Origin: Carcharhinus longimanus
Taxonomy: Eukaryota
NCBI GenBank assembly: GCA_030264375.1
Contig: JASCQW010000081.1
Location: forward strand, 58,473,392 to 58,537,391
DNA length: 64,000 bases
Direction of reading: 5' to 3'
The notes under the pieces are model-generated. The model saw nothing but the letters and a program-made list of their open reading frames with translations, was not told the DNA's origin and made no database searches. The translations under genes were made by a program, and so were the position numbers. Below, piece after piece: positions 40,850 to 53,976 of the stretch (positions are counted from its first letter, which is position 1; each line of letters begins with the position of its first letter).

Positions 40850-42260
40850 CTGTATTTGATAAGGATTTAAAAAGTCGGCAGGGGCGTTTCCCGCCTATGT
40901 TTTTTTCGGGGGGGGGNNNNNNNNNNNNNNNNNNNNNNNNNNNNNNNNNNNNNNNNNNNNNNNNNNNNNNNNNNNNNNNNNNNNNNNNNNNNNNNNNNNN
41001 NNNNNNNNNNNNNNNNCCCCCCCTCCCACCTGGACAGCGAAGATAGGGAATGCCATACGATCGGCCCGGAGCTGCAAACCCTATCCATCGCATCGCACAA
41101 AGAGACGACCTCAAGAATTCACTCCCCAGGTAAACAAACGCGGCAACGGGGTGGGGGCGGTTAAACATTAAAAAAACAGACAAATATACAATCACAGGGA
41201 CAACCATCTCCCCGGCCCGCCGTCAGATATTGACCAGCGCCGGTGGCCGGGCAGCCGCCCTGACAACTCGCCCAGACCTACAATCATTGACAACTCAAAA
41301 CATCCAGATATCGCTTAGAAATCCATACCACCAACCGTCAAGTTGTAGTCGTAACAAGCGTCGTCTTTTTGTTTTTTTTTCTCTGTCGCTCACCACTCCC
41401 GGTTTTTTACCCACACTCGGTGCTGACCGTTATTTTCCCACTCCATCCCCCGGCTGTCAGCCACGGCCCGAGTCTCACTATATGGCAGGAAACGCTCCCG
41501 GAACCGCACTGCGCCTGCGCGCCGCCGCATCCAACGTCAGGGCTCAGGATTTGGCAGGTGGACGCCAGCGGGGTGGGGGGAGGTGCCGGCCAGCGGGCGA
41601 GCCTGCCTTTCCATCTATCCATCCACCCCCGCCCTACTGGGCTGGATCGGGGATGTGATTACCCAAGTTCAATTGGATTGGGGAGCCATTTCCTCGACCC
41701 AAAAGTTGTATATATTTGTCGCTATGTTCCAATGCTAGAAAGTTCCAGATGGAAGCTGCTGCTTACCCAGGTGAATGGCGCAGTCAGAGCGCTGCCCCCG
41801 CTCGCGCTGCTGCCGGTGTGGCCGTTGACCGTTGTCTTGGTGCTCGCGCTCAGTCACCGCGCGCAGCCGCCTCTGTAACAGAACGCGTGTGTCTCTCCCC
41901 GACGGGGAAGGAGGCAGAGAGATGCTGTTGGAATACCTCAACAAGGTACCTGCTGTTGGATCATGCCTCTAGAAGACCTTCCAGTTCTTAAACCCATCTT
42001 AAATTTTAAACGTCTAATTTACCCTCCCCTCCCGCGCAGCACACAAATACCAGTTCCCGTGCCGTAAACTCGAATGAGGCATGCAGCTCACCGAGTGTTT
42101 ACACTCTTTGCCGCCTATGTCCACCGGCGTTTCTTTCCTCTCTGGTTCGGCGCCTCACGTCAGTAGCGAAGTGTGGACTCCTTCTTTGCCGTCAGGTTGC
42201 AATAACGGTGTTTACTCAGCCACCCCATGACAACACCTGTCGGCTTTCATTCTGCTTCGA
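40850..42260. promoter_or_regulatory. WDR47: CpG island / WDR47 promoter, possibly bidirectional
   Basis: Main CpG-rich non-repeat region of the window; NRF1-like TGCGCCTGCGCG 41510-41521, ETS CCGGAA 41498-41503, GC box CCCCGCCC 41627-41634, ATTGG pair about 41672-41681, CRE-like ACGTCA at about 41534 and 42157. Confidence 0.82.
41394..41500 (-). other. WDR47: Putative non-coding exon 1 (5' UTR) of WDR47; start approximate
   Basis: Donor GTG|gtgagc at 41394/41393 inside the CpG island, downstream of the NRF1/ETS motifs on the minus strand; no transcript evidence. Confidence 0.5.
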
Positions 42261-42284
42261 GGGGGAAATAAAACAACAAGATAA

Positions 42285-42700
42285 AGGCAAAATACTGCCG
42301 ATGCTGGAATGTGAAACAAAAACAGAAAATGCTGGAGAAAAAAAATCTCAGCAGGTCGGACAGCTTCCGTGGAGAGAGAATAAAGCCAAAGTTTCGAGTC
42401 AGGAGAAGCTTTGTCAAAATAAAGACTGTGGTGTGAGGCTGGTTGGAGTGGTCAGCCCCCACAAAAGGGTGTAGCTACCTAAATGATTCTGGCCTCCTTG
42501 AACCCTTATCCAAGATATTCCCTGTGTATCTTGAAGCATTTCCTACACGCTTGTTACTCACAAAATAGGCGATCAGATTTGGTGAAAATGAACAAATACT
42601 GCGCATGCTGGAAGCTGAAACAAGAACAGGACGCTGGAAGATCTCAACAAGTCTGCCAACCTCTATCAAGAGAGCAACAGAGGTAACGTTTTGAACCTTA
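42285..42700 (-). mobile_element. Two Penelope-associated terminal repeat copies
   Basis: aaatactgc-atgctggaa-tgaaacaa...gctgga...tctca repeated at about 42290 and 42594. Confidence 0.65.
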
Positions 42701-43948
42701 GATTTGTTGGGCAATGTTTCACTCCTGGTGCATTTTTATTTTTAGGGCATATGCAGCATTTTAATGATTGGCACCAAATTTTTGACTTTTTGAAGGCTGG
42801 CACTTTATTGCCTACAGCTTTTAATACCCTCTCTACCTGCTGAAAAATAAATTCTGGATGTATTTCATCTAACTACTCCACAATTGCAGCACTCTAGCTA
42901 CCACCACATCTTCTGAAGCCTTTTTGGCTTCTCCGATGCAGGATGAAAGTATGACATGCATTTACAGGCTTAATGGGAAAGTGTCTTCAAAAATCTTATC
43001 ATTCAAAATAATGACCCATCATAAAACTAAGTTTTTTTTTCATTAAATGAACTATGTTAAAAAATCAAAAATCCAGTGCCCTGTTGTACTTTAGAAACTG
43101 CTGGACACCATTTGGAATGGATTCCCCCAATCCTGGCAAGAGATTAATCATATTCTGATACCACCCCTCCTGGTGGAAAATGAATATAATATGAATATTT
43201 GGTGAAAATATTTAGCTTCCAAATGAGGTAGATCTACATAATTTAACAACTTACATTTATACTGTGCTTTTAACATGGCAAAATGACCCACAAAGATGAT
43301 ATCAGGCAAAATTCAACAATGAGCCACATAAGGATATATTGGCAGAGACGTGGTCAATGTTGGTAGCTGTTAGAAAACTTCGTAAAGGAGAAATTGAGAG
43401 ACAGAAAGGATTAGGTAGGGCCTCGTTTGTAAAATAAACCTTTTAGGCATAGCCAGCAATGATTGTCAAAGGAAAATGGGGCTACACAAGATGCCAGAAT
43501 TTATAGGAGTGGGAAAAATCTAAGTTGTGAGCCTGAGGGAGGTGACAGAGCCAGCAGGGGCAAGACCATAGTTAGATTTACCAAAGGATGAAATTGGAGA
43601 CATTGCTGGACCAGAAATAATGAGTGAATGGGGCTTTGTGTTTGTTAAGATAAAGACAGCAAAGTTTTGATGAACTGTTTATTTGTTTCGTGGGATACAG
43701 GCATTGTCAGCTAGGCCGTCTTTTTTGCCCCCAATTGTCCCGGAGAAAATGGTGGTGAGCCATTTTCCTGAATCACTGCTGTCCACATGGTGAACTGTCA
43801 GGGAGGAAATTCTAGGACTTTCACCCTTTGACAGTGAAGGAACTGTGATATAATTCCAGACGGGGTATGAAAGTACCAGCCAGGAGCTATAAACTTGCTA
43901 ACAATAATGGGATCTACGTGTATGTATGAATGGAATTAATAGACACTA

Positions 43949-44514
43949 TGGCTGCGATTTTTTTTTTCCCAGAAAAACTTGTCATAACGGCAAGAACAAT
44001 ACTAGCATAGTCTGGACCACAATCGAGTCTTTTTTTGAGAGTTGTGCATCAAGTCTGGAAAGGGCAGGGCCTAAACACACCAGTGAGCCTGGCAGCAAAG
44101 TGCTTGGGCACCATTTTGGAAGGGCACCCTGATCTCTGTATACTTGAAGACAACTGTCCTCTGCCCATGCACATCGGGAACCTCCCCTTCATTGGCGACA
44201 TGTTTTGTTCTCCCTGACACAGCATTGGGACCCTCCCAATGCATCCCCCTTCATGACCCTGACATGCCCCACCTCTTCATGAACCCGCATTATGATCCCA
44301 CCTCCAGCATAGTCCCTGCTCAGGTCCCACCCCCTTGGCATTGCCCCTGGCTCACTGTGCTCAACTGACATGCTACTTTAAATACGCTAATAGGGTTCTA
44401 TTCAGTTTGCACCATTGGAAAGGGACGGAGCGACTGCAAACTATTTGGCACCATGCTATTGTGTGGGATTGGCATGATCTGCCCCAGATGCAGCAAGGTT
44501 GGAAAATTGCTCCC
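43949..44514. mobile_element. Decayed Harbinger-type MITE
   Basis: Ends ggctgcgattttt / ggaaaattgctccc; GC-rich body. Confidence 0.5.
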
Positions 44515-44647
44515 TCTATATTCAAAATACACTAAGATTAAAATATGGAAAATATTACAGAATTAATACTACAAAGCTTTCATCAACCAAAATCTTCACC
44601 ATCATGGAGCTTTGTTTCATCTCATTTTAACCAGTACATTTATTTTC

Positions 44648-45172
44648 ATAGAATCGTAGAACCCTACAGTGCAGAAAGAGGCCCTTCGGCCCATCAGGTC
44701 TCCCAACCACGCCCTACCTCACCCTTCACTCAAAGGGTGGTGAATCTCTGGAATTCTCTGCCCGTTGAAGTGGTGGAGGCTGCCTCGCTAAATATTTTTA
44801 NNNNNNNNNNNNNNNNNNNNNNNNNNNNNNNNNNNNNNNNNNNNNNNNNNNNNNNNNNNNNNNNNNNNNNNNNNNNNNNNNNNNNNNNNNNNNNNNNNNN
44901 GATCTTATTGAATGGCAGGGCAGGCTCGAAGGGCTAGATGGCCTACTCCTGCTCCTATTTCTTATGTTCTTATGTACCCCATATCTCTACATATTTTACC
45001 TGCTAATCCCTCTAACCTACACATCTCAGGAAACTAAGGGACAATTTTAGCATGGCCAGTCAACCTAACCCGCACATCTTGTGTGTGAAGAGGAAACCAG
45101 AGCACCTGGAGGAAACCCACGCAGACACGAGGAGAATGTGCAAACCCCACACAGACAGTGACCTGAGCCAGG
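44648..45172 (-). mobile_element. HE1-like SINE (tail A) split by a CR1 insertion
   Basis: Tail at 44648-44724 and body at 44976-45172 are contiguous in intact copies. Confidence 0.82.
44725..44975 (+). mobile_element. Young CR1 LINE 3' end
   Basis: FTQRVVNLWNSLPVEVVEAASLNIF; (TTCTTATG)n tail; ACCC on both flanks; gap inside. Confidence 0.88.
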
Positions 45173-45174
45173 TC

Positions 45175-45426
45175 ACTGTTGCTTTGTTCCAGTGCTGTAA
45201 TAATTAAGCAACTTTTTTTTATCAACTTCAGTTCTGGTTTTAAACGTTTTCTCCCCAAGTTTATCCTGCTTATCCATTGACATTTTTAAATCAGTAAGTG
45301 GGAGTTTGCTCTTAGAGAGAAAGTTGGAATTAAACAACAGTGTTGATTCTTAAATTTAAAAAAATCATTCTCAAGTATGGTTCTACAGTTGCTTAATTAT
45401 TACAGCACTGGAACAGAGCAAACAGT
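45175..45426. repeat. About 40-bp inverted repeat pair (MITE-like or local inverted duplication)
   Basis: actgttgctttgttccagtgctgtaataattaagcaact vs agttgcttaattattacagcactggaacagagcaaacagt. Confidence 0.85.
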
Positions 45427-45529
45427 CAAAAGAAATGTACAGGTTGAAGTGAGGAAAAAAACAAAGCCTCCGTGATGGTGAGAATTTTAGTTGAAAGTTT
45501 TGTATTCATTCTTATGTAATATTTTCCAT

Positions 45530-47555
45530 ATTTCAATCTTACTGTATTTTGATTATAGAGGGGGCAATTTTCCAGGTGCAGGATGCCCTTTATGACTGGA
45601 TCTTGGTGAACATTCAATAGTCAAACATTGCTGCTTTTTGATACACATTAATGACCTGGACTTAGGAGATAACGACAACTTTGAAATTTGAAGATGACAT
45701 GAAATTTGCAAGCATAGTAAACAGTGGAAAAAAAAGTAATGTGGCTTTGGTTGTTGGAGGCCACTCATCTCAGCCTGAGGACAAAACTGCAGGAGTTCCT
45801 CAGAGTAGTGTCCTACATCCAATCATCTTCAGCCTTCCTTCATGAATCCCCCATTATCAAAATCCTGAAAGTTACCCTCAACCAGAAACCTAACTGAATA
45901 AGCCATATAAATACTGTGGCGACAAAATCATCAAGAGGCTGGGAATTTTGTAGTAACTCACCTCCCCAAAACCTGTCCACCATTGACAAGACACAAGTCA
46001 GAAGTATGATGGAATACTTTCCATTGCCTGGAAAGTGCTTGACACCATCCTTGACAGGGTGGATGTGGAAAGGATGGTTCCTCTTTTGGAAGAATCTAGA
46101 TTTAAGGGCCACTGTTTAAACATATGGGTCACACATGTTAGAGGTGAGGGGAAAAAAAAATTGAGGGCTGAGAGACTTGGAATTCTCTTCTTCAAAAGGT
46201 GATTGAGGCAGAGTATTTGAATATCTTTTAAGGCAGAACTAGATAGATTCTTGATAAGCAAGGGGATGAAAAGTTGAGGTTAAAATTTGATCAGCCATGA
46301 CTTTATTGCATGACAGCGCAGGTTTACAGGGCCAAGTGACTTACCACTGCTCCTAATTTGTACGTTTCTGTTCATATGACAGCGGCCTACTTGATTGGCA
46401 CCCATCCACCCAGGTAGCAGCAGTGTGTATGTACCATCTACCAGATGCACTGAAACAACTCAAGTGTCCTTTTGACAGCACCTTCCAAACCCAGTCCTCT
46501 ACCACTTGGAAGGATAAAGGCAGTAGACACAGGGAACATCATGACCTCGAAGTTCCCCTCCAAGCCACATACTATTTTGACTTGGAATATTATCGCCATT
46601 CCTTCACTGTCGTTGGATCAAAATCCTGGAACTCCCCAACAGCATTGCAAGTGTGCCTGTGCCAAATGGACTGCAGCAGTTTGAGAAGATTCACTACCAC
46701 CGCCTTAAGGCAATTATGGATGGGCAACAAATGCTGACTTGCAGCTACATCTACATCCCTTGAATGAAAAAAAAGGACATCAGGCTAGTGCAATAGATAA
46801 GACACATGGCAGATGAAATTCAATGCTAAAAATTATGGGGTGTTACGTTTGTCTCCAGAGACTGAAGAGAGGGAATACCTGCCATATGATACAACTTTGA
46901 AGGGGTTACAAGAGAGCTGTTATGTGCACAAATCTTTGAAGATGACAGGGCAGGTTTATAAAGCAGTTAATAAAGCATATGGGCTTTATGAATAGAGGTA
47001 GAAGGTTCAAAAGCGAGGAAATTTTACTGAACCTATATGAAACACTAGTTTGGATCCAGCTGGAGTATTGTGTACAAATGTAGACCCTACGTTGTGGGAA
47101 TGATATGGAGGCTTTGGAGAGAGTACGGAAGAGATTTGCTAGAATAATTCCATTGATGAGGATTTGCAAATATGTAGATAGACTATAGATTTTCAGGCTG
47201 TTTTTCTTAGAACAGAGAAGATTTGATAGGCATATTTAAAATCATGAAGATAGTACTTTGGTAAATAAACTTTCCAATAACTATAAGACACAGGTTTAAA
47301 CTGATTTGGGGGGGAAAAAACAGAGGTGACATGACAAACTTTTTAGGCAATGATTGGTTAGGAGTTGGACATCATTGCCTGATTGGGTAGATTCAATTAC
47401 AGATCTTTGAAAGATAAATACTTGAAGGAGAAAAATTGCAAGGATGTGGGGAACAGGCATAGGAGTCAGGCTCGCTGAATTGATCTTCAAAAAACCAGGT
47501 GAAAATGTGCCAAATAGACAGCTCCTGTGCTATACCATACCAAAATTCTGAGTTC
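45530..47555 (+). mobile_element. Nested decayed LINE cluster: CR1 RT split by a second LINE, itself containing a CR1 tail
   Basis: CR1 RT remnant 45530-45720 resumes at about 46775 (WQMKFNAK) and runs to 47555; second LINE 45730-46773; CR1 tail 46045-46375. Confidence 0.72.
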
Positions 47556-50099
47556 TCACTGTGTTCACATATTTTTAACATAAAATAAAAACATGTGAAA
47601 ACCCAGAATGCTGTTTCATTGTGTTGTTTTGTGCACTTTTTAAATATTGACAAGAAGAAAATAGCTACCAAAATGTTTCCCTTTTTTGTATTCACTCAGG
47701 AAGTTACCTTGTTAACACTGTTGTGTGGAGGTCAACAGAAGCGTAAAACAGTGAAACCCATTAGTGTGATGTCGTGCTGTATCAAGTTAACTGCAGCATG
47801 TGTATATTGCCAGTATTTTCAAGGACTTGTGATATTTGCTTCTGCATTTTATCTCTGAATTCAGTGCTAACCCTGAAATTAAAAGGAATTCGGTACAATT
47901 CAAGTATTGGTAGTTCACTTTTATGGCAGCTTCTTATATATTTCAACAAAGTTGAATTCTTGTGTTTCAGACCATGAGGTGTTCTTGTGTTATTTATGAA
48001 TCTAACAGCAAAAACATTATGGTGGTTGCAGTTTACACTTAAGTAGGCAATACATGATAATATTGGCAAAAGGTTAATTTAATTCAAAATTCAATTTGTT
48101 TAAATAACACATTTACCAGTAGTTCACATAGTTTGAACAGTTACACATACAGCTTAGAGTAGATTAAACATGTATCACATCACAATATCTCCATGTTAGT
48201 GCAGATACAGTCTGAGATCTACTTTTCCCTCAATCAGCATTGTAGTGTTACGTATGGTTTTGTACACAAGTTACATACAAAACAGGCATCAGAGGCAAAA
48301 TGCCCATAATTTTAAGTTATCAGCAATGCTTTATCTGATTAGGATTTTCCAGAGTCTCCAAATATCTACAGCCTCGTGCTTAGCAGGCCTGAAGTATTTT
48401 TGGAACCCAAAAACATTTGCTAAACAAGGCAAAGATGAGTCATATTGAAACTTTGCACCAGTAGAGGATACAGTGCTATGAAAAGGGAAAATTACACCGT
48501 ACAGTGGAATCCTTAAAGGTCCGTAAATGCATTTATTGCCAGAGGCACAAGTCATGTTTTCCTTTCTGATGAGAACAAACAAATGCTCAGGAGGACCTGT
48601 AAAACATGATTATATTTGGAAACATAGCCCTAATTCTGCATTCTGAAACTTTATTTGAGGAAGACTATATAATTCCTGTGAATGGATGAACTATACTTCA
48701 GAATACCTACTTGAGCAACAAAAGATCAGAAAATTTTCAGAAAGCCAATGAACAAAGGAGAAGCACAGACAATCAGAAAAATACTTGATAAGCCAAGACT
48801 CTTCAGCCTCAGAAAGAAATACATTATAAATACTTAATGGAATAGTAAAAGTAAACCCGAAATAATATTTTAAGATATGCTAAGATATGACAGGAGGTCA
48901 GGAAGCATTTCTTTAAAGGATTAATAACTAGAACATTTTGGCAAGAAGGGTATTTCAGGCTGAGGATAGGTATTCTGAAAAAAGATAAAATGTACAGAAC
49001 GACATCAGAATCATTCTCAAGATCTTGTGTTATCTCCACCTGTTTCCTGCCTCATTAAAATATGCTGCTTTTAATTAATAATCTTTTTCACCATGTAAGA
49101 GCATGCTGTCATAATTTATGAAGGTATGGTGTTTGTTAAATGCAGATGAATAGTTTTTGTATGGATATACAATGCTGTCAAAAAAAGTCCAGATATTGAA
49201 CCTATCTGGCATGAATTGACATTCAATTGCAATGTTAATGCATTGTAAAGTATTTGAATATCATTTAGAGATCAGATACAACAGAAATGGTAAAACTGAG
49301 CCTTCAGCTGTTTCAACAGGATTCATTCATGTTGACTGGAACACAGATAAATATTGTTTCTGTACAAGAAAGAAATTTAAGATGAAATAGACTCTACCAA
49401 GCACAGATCACAGAAACAGTACATTTCTATTAAATAAATTATATTTACATAGGTGCATGGTGGCTGCTTTCAAAAAATAGGTATCATTCACTGATGTGGC
49501 ATTACCTTTAAAATGTTTTGGTGTGCTTAGAATGAGAGTATAGTATTCTCATGTATGTTGGGGCATGCCCCTTTCGAATGAGTCATGTGACCCAGGACTC
49601 AAGCCCCATCTTGGGTGGAGCTTGCCTGGGCAGTTTGATGCTGATTGTGTCAGGAGAAAGATGTGTAATAGACTGTCTGTTAATTTATTACTTCTAACCG
49701 CATGGTCCTTATTAGTCTTCAACATCAGACCTCCAAAGATAATCAATTTGCTTTCGATTTAGCATAGTGCAATTCTTATTCCTTTCTCAAAAATTCAATG
49801 GTGACTTTGTTTACTCATAGATCATGTCACACGCAAATTATACATTTGGTTATTGAAAGTATACCATGTTAATTTCCATATCATTCATGTTACTTTTAAA
49901 AACATGTAATTGTTTTGCTGAAAATAGCAAATGATAGATTTGTTATAATTGTAGTGTGGGCTGTTCTGATTTTACATTTGAAAAGAACAAAGTAAAATGC
50001 ATTTTAAAGAACATGTCTTTAATTAAAGTTCTGTTGCTAAAGAATCTGAAAGATTTGTCCAGCCCAAGTAAGGAGGTTTATTATAATGGTACCAGCAAT

Positions 50100-50490
50100 A
50101 TGAGATTTTGGTATCAGAGACAAAAAAAGTTGGAGGTTGTTCTACATAGAAGCAAAGGTGGTTAAGGGAAGATATTACAGATGTTCAAAATCATGATGGG
50201 TTTAGAGTAAATAAGAAGAAACTGTTTACAATGGAAAAGGATGGTTAACTACAGGACACTGGTAATTGGCAAAAGAACCCCACAGGTGAGATAAGGTTAC
50301 TTTTTTTTGTTTAAAAATTAAGATCTGATGCACTGCTTGAAAGGGCAGTGGAATGAGAATTGAGAGGAACTTTCAGAAGGGAATGGGATAAATACATGAA
50401 GTGGAAACAGTTTGTAAAGCTATGGGAAAGGTTAGGGGAATGGGACTAATTACACAGCCCCCACCAAAGAGTCAGTACAGGCACAGTGGA
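50100..50490 (+). mobile_element. Decayed CR1-like LINE 3' fragment
   Basis: gatgttcaaaatcatga...gggaatgggactaat. Confidence 0.65.
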
Positions 50491-51989
50491 AACTCTTGTT
50501 TCCTAACAAAGGATTGTAATGGATATTTGGCACAGAAACAAGTATTTTGATATCATTGCTAATGCAGTCACTGGATCACGTCACTGCACGTGACAGAAAA
50601 ACCCTGGCCACTCTGATCCATTTTATATTTTGTATTCCACAAATACATTCCTATTATACAGTTTAAATATAAAATTCTAATTTGATTCCCTACCAATCAT
50701 CTTTATATATGTTCAATATACATCATATTAAATTATCTAATGGAAAATACTGACATGAGGAGCAGTACAATTTGGGCTTTGAATATCGATGGGAGGCAAG
50801 TATGAATTCAGGATTCTGACTGGAAGTTTTGGTCAGGGGTTCATGTGACAGTATTATAATAAAATTAAATTTAACTGGGCAAATTTATTAAAATATTAAT
50901 TAAATGTTGAACAAATCTAGGTAAGGGAATGCTTCACAAAAGCTGACTCTTAAGGATATTTGACACCAATAACATTTGCTCTCCAAAGAAGACCAAATAA
51001 TCATCTTCAAAGATGTCATGCTTTATTTACTTTATTTGAAGAAAAATCATCCACAGTACTGGTAACTGCAAACTAAATGATAGCATGACAGAATTAGACA
51101 GCACAGCATCTGATAAATGGAAGCAGAGCTCCACTAAAGTGGATTATCAGGTTTGAATACACAATACACTGTACATTTAGCAACAGTGGCTAATGATAAA
51201 AATTCATCAACTCTGGCTTTAAACAGCCAAAACTATGAAACAGTCAACCTACATGAAACTCCAAAAGAAACCAAAAGGTTTCGGTAACTGTTGTGGCTGC
51301 CAACATTAATTTAGTTGGAGAGCCAAATATATTCTAAAGTCTATAGATATATCCCTGATGAAAGCANNNNNNNNNNAAAAGGTACAAGTAACTCCAGGGC
51401 TTGGACACATTGCGCTTTCCACTCACCGCTGTCAGCCATGATACAATTCATAAAAAAGATATCTGACTATAGTATTAAATTGGAATAGTGACTCATTCTG
51501 CTTTTTAAACACATGGTACATACATTCTCCAAGTGTAATGTAAATCAAATGTGTGGAAAACGCAGCAGTAATACTGCCCCCTTGAACTCATTGTCCCCAA
51601 AATTCCTTATTTACAGCATTTTGATTCGGATACCTGTACTTTTAAATAAAGATGATTATAAAATGAGAGCACTGCATATAATAAATTATTTGACAAAAGG
51701 AAACAATGCACTGGATTTTAAGTTCCTGATGTGCTGGGAAGATGAGGGTCAGGGAGCGAGTGGAAAATCCAAAATAAGCGCAACACCTTTGTCTGGCTTT
51801 TTAACCCACTCGCTGCATTGCCATATTATTTTTGTGTTTTGAGGCCAATTAGCCTGAGTAGGTGTAACGTTGACCTACATAAATTGATTTCAACTTCAGT
51901 AATGAAAAGGGACTCTCCAAACATGGCATGTAATGGATTTTTGAATTGGGAGTGCAACAAAAAGAATTGGGAAAATGAGAATCCAGATT

Positions 51990-52700
51990 GTCAAAGGGCC
52001 TCATTTTAGTAGATGCACTGCTGCAGGCTGCAACAGTACAGGTGATAGACCTCCCTATGTTGGAAGAAAACATCTGCTGGTGGACAACGAAGGTGTGGCT
52101 GGTGGTTGCCCATGATGTCAGAAGAGGAGTGCAGTGCAACATGAGCATTCAAAGCTGAAAGTGGTTTAATGGCCTATGCAGAGTTGGAAAGATGAGTATA
52201 ATGGCATATCCACTTGAATTCTGATCTGTTTATCACCTCAACCCTCTCAATCTGCCATCTCAAGCTTACTCCAAAACATCACTCCTTACACTAATGCACC
52301 CATCCCTCTGTACACTTTGTCACATTCTGATCTGTCCATTCACACTGACCCATATCCTTTTGTAACATGCCTTCCCTCAGTCACCCTCAAAAAATGCTCT
52401 CCATTCATTTAATATATACTGTTCACCTGCTGAGGAACTGTGAAAAGGATGTTTGGTTGTTTGAAAGATTGCTTTGTGTTGAGGGATTGGGGAAAGTAGT
52501 TTTTGCATGTAGTTGTCAGATAATGAGTTGGTGAAACCCATATGAACCTCAATCATGACGACTTGGCAGCAATGTGCGCCACTGCTGGTACATTGGCTGC
52601 AATATGTCCTACCCTTTCATATGGTTCCATGGAGTTCAGCAGAACCCTAAAGGTAAATACGTTGGGGGTGGTGATGACATTGACAGCCTCTGATCACTCA
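51990..52700. mobile_element. Possible decayed Harbinger transposon (Myb/SANT-like ORF remnant)
   Basis: Plus-strand VWLVVAHDVRRGVQCNMSIQS*KWFNGL at about 52093-52180 resembles the W..VA..V......QC..KWNDL Myb-like motif. Confidence 0.4.
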
Positions 52701-53689
52701 CAGCAGGTCTTGTTCCAGCAGATGGAAGTTTTCTGTAATACAAGTTTTCAGATTTGTCGAGGAAGCTACTCTGCCTTTAGAATCCTTTTGCTCTTGCAGT
52801 TTTGATCCCCATTTTTCTTTGGAGGGGCAGATCTGTGAAAGAAAAGGCTGCTGCTATTCCTGGTCATTTTGGTTCCCATTTGAGGTCCGAAGTAATATAG
52901 CTTAATGCAGCATTCATGCTGATCTGACAGATCTGAACTCTTAAGTTTCAGACCAGATGTAGAAACTTCCAAAGTTGTCAAAGTAACAATTCAGCACAGG
53001 GACTGTTAACAAAGCCTTTTACACAAGTAGGTAAGAAAGCAAACATACTTATTTGCATAGTTCCCTGTCATGTCTTCAGCCTCCTTTAAATGCACTACAT
53101 TTTTGGCTTGTTTAAAATGGTGAATTCCAGAAAGCACAAGAAACTCATGAAACAACAGCTGAATTGCAAAAGCCATGATAATAGGTCAATTGCAGACATG
53201 TCAATATTGGTATAATTGACCAATTATTGCACAGAAATTGGCAACCCACCCTCTCCCAACAGCTGTTAGATGCAGACGTTGATGAGTTGGAGCGGGCTTC
53301 CTGACACACTGTCCCTGCTGTCCATCTCCCAATCCCATGCACTCCTGCACATTAAAATTTAGTTCCAGTATATATAATGGCATATAGGTACAGGTAACTA
53401 ACACTGTCATGAAGTGGATCAGAATTGGCTACACAGATACCTAATGATGTTAACTAGGGCACCAAATGAGGCTGCACAGGTCGGTCAAGTTGCATTTAGT
53501 CAACTGGTCTTAAAAATGCTCCTGAGTGCCTTCCAACACCCATCCATAGAACAATATTGACTCAGAGATCCAAGACCGGGTCACACCAACTCCTCCTTTT
53601 CCCAGAAGGAAAAGATGCAGCAAGAAAACTAAGTGATTGTTCAAAATAAAAAACGATGAACAGAAATTATTTTAAGATGTTGCAACCTG

Positions 53690-53976
53690 CCTTTTTTGCA
53701 CAACCATATAAACTCTCCGCCTTCTTCCGTTGAGAAAAAGATACAAAGGTCTGAGGAAATATATTAACCAACTCGAGAACAGCTTCTTTCTTGCTGCCTC
53801 AGACTTTTGAATGGACTTGCATCATATTAAGTTGATCTTTCCCTACACCCTCGCTATGATTGTAACATTACATTCTGCACTCTCTCCTTCTCTACGACCG
53901 GTATGTTTTGTCTGTATAGTGCGCAAGAAGCAATAGTTTTCACTGTATACTAATACATGTGACAATAATAAATCAA
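53690..53976 (+). mobile_element. Rex1/Babar-like LINE 3' end
   Basis: Remnant LLPLRKRYKGLRKYINQLENSFF; tail ttttcactgtatactaatacatgtgacaataataaatcaa. Confidence 0.65.

Noticed and set aside
47782-47873. Minus-strand exon-like segment (VSTEFRDKMQKQISQVLENTGNIHMLQLT)
   Set aside because: An acceptor is present, but there is no partner exon or recognisable homology
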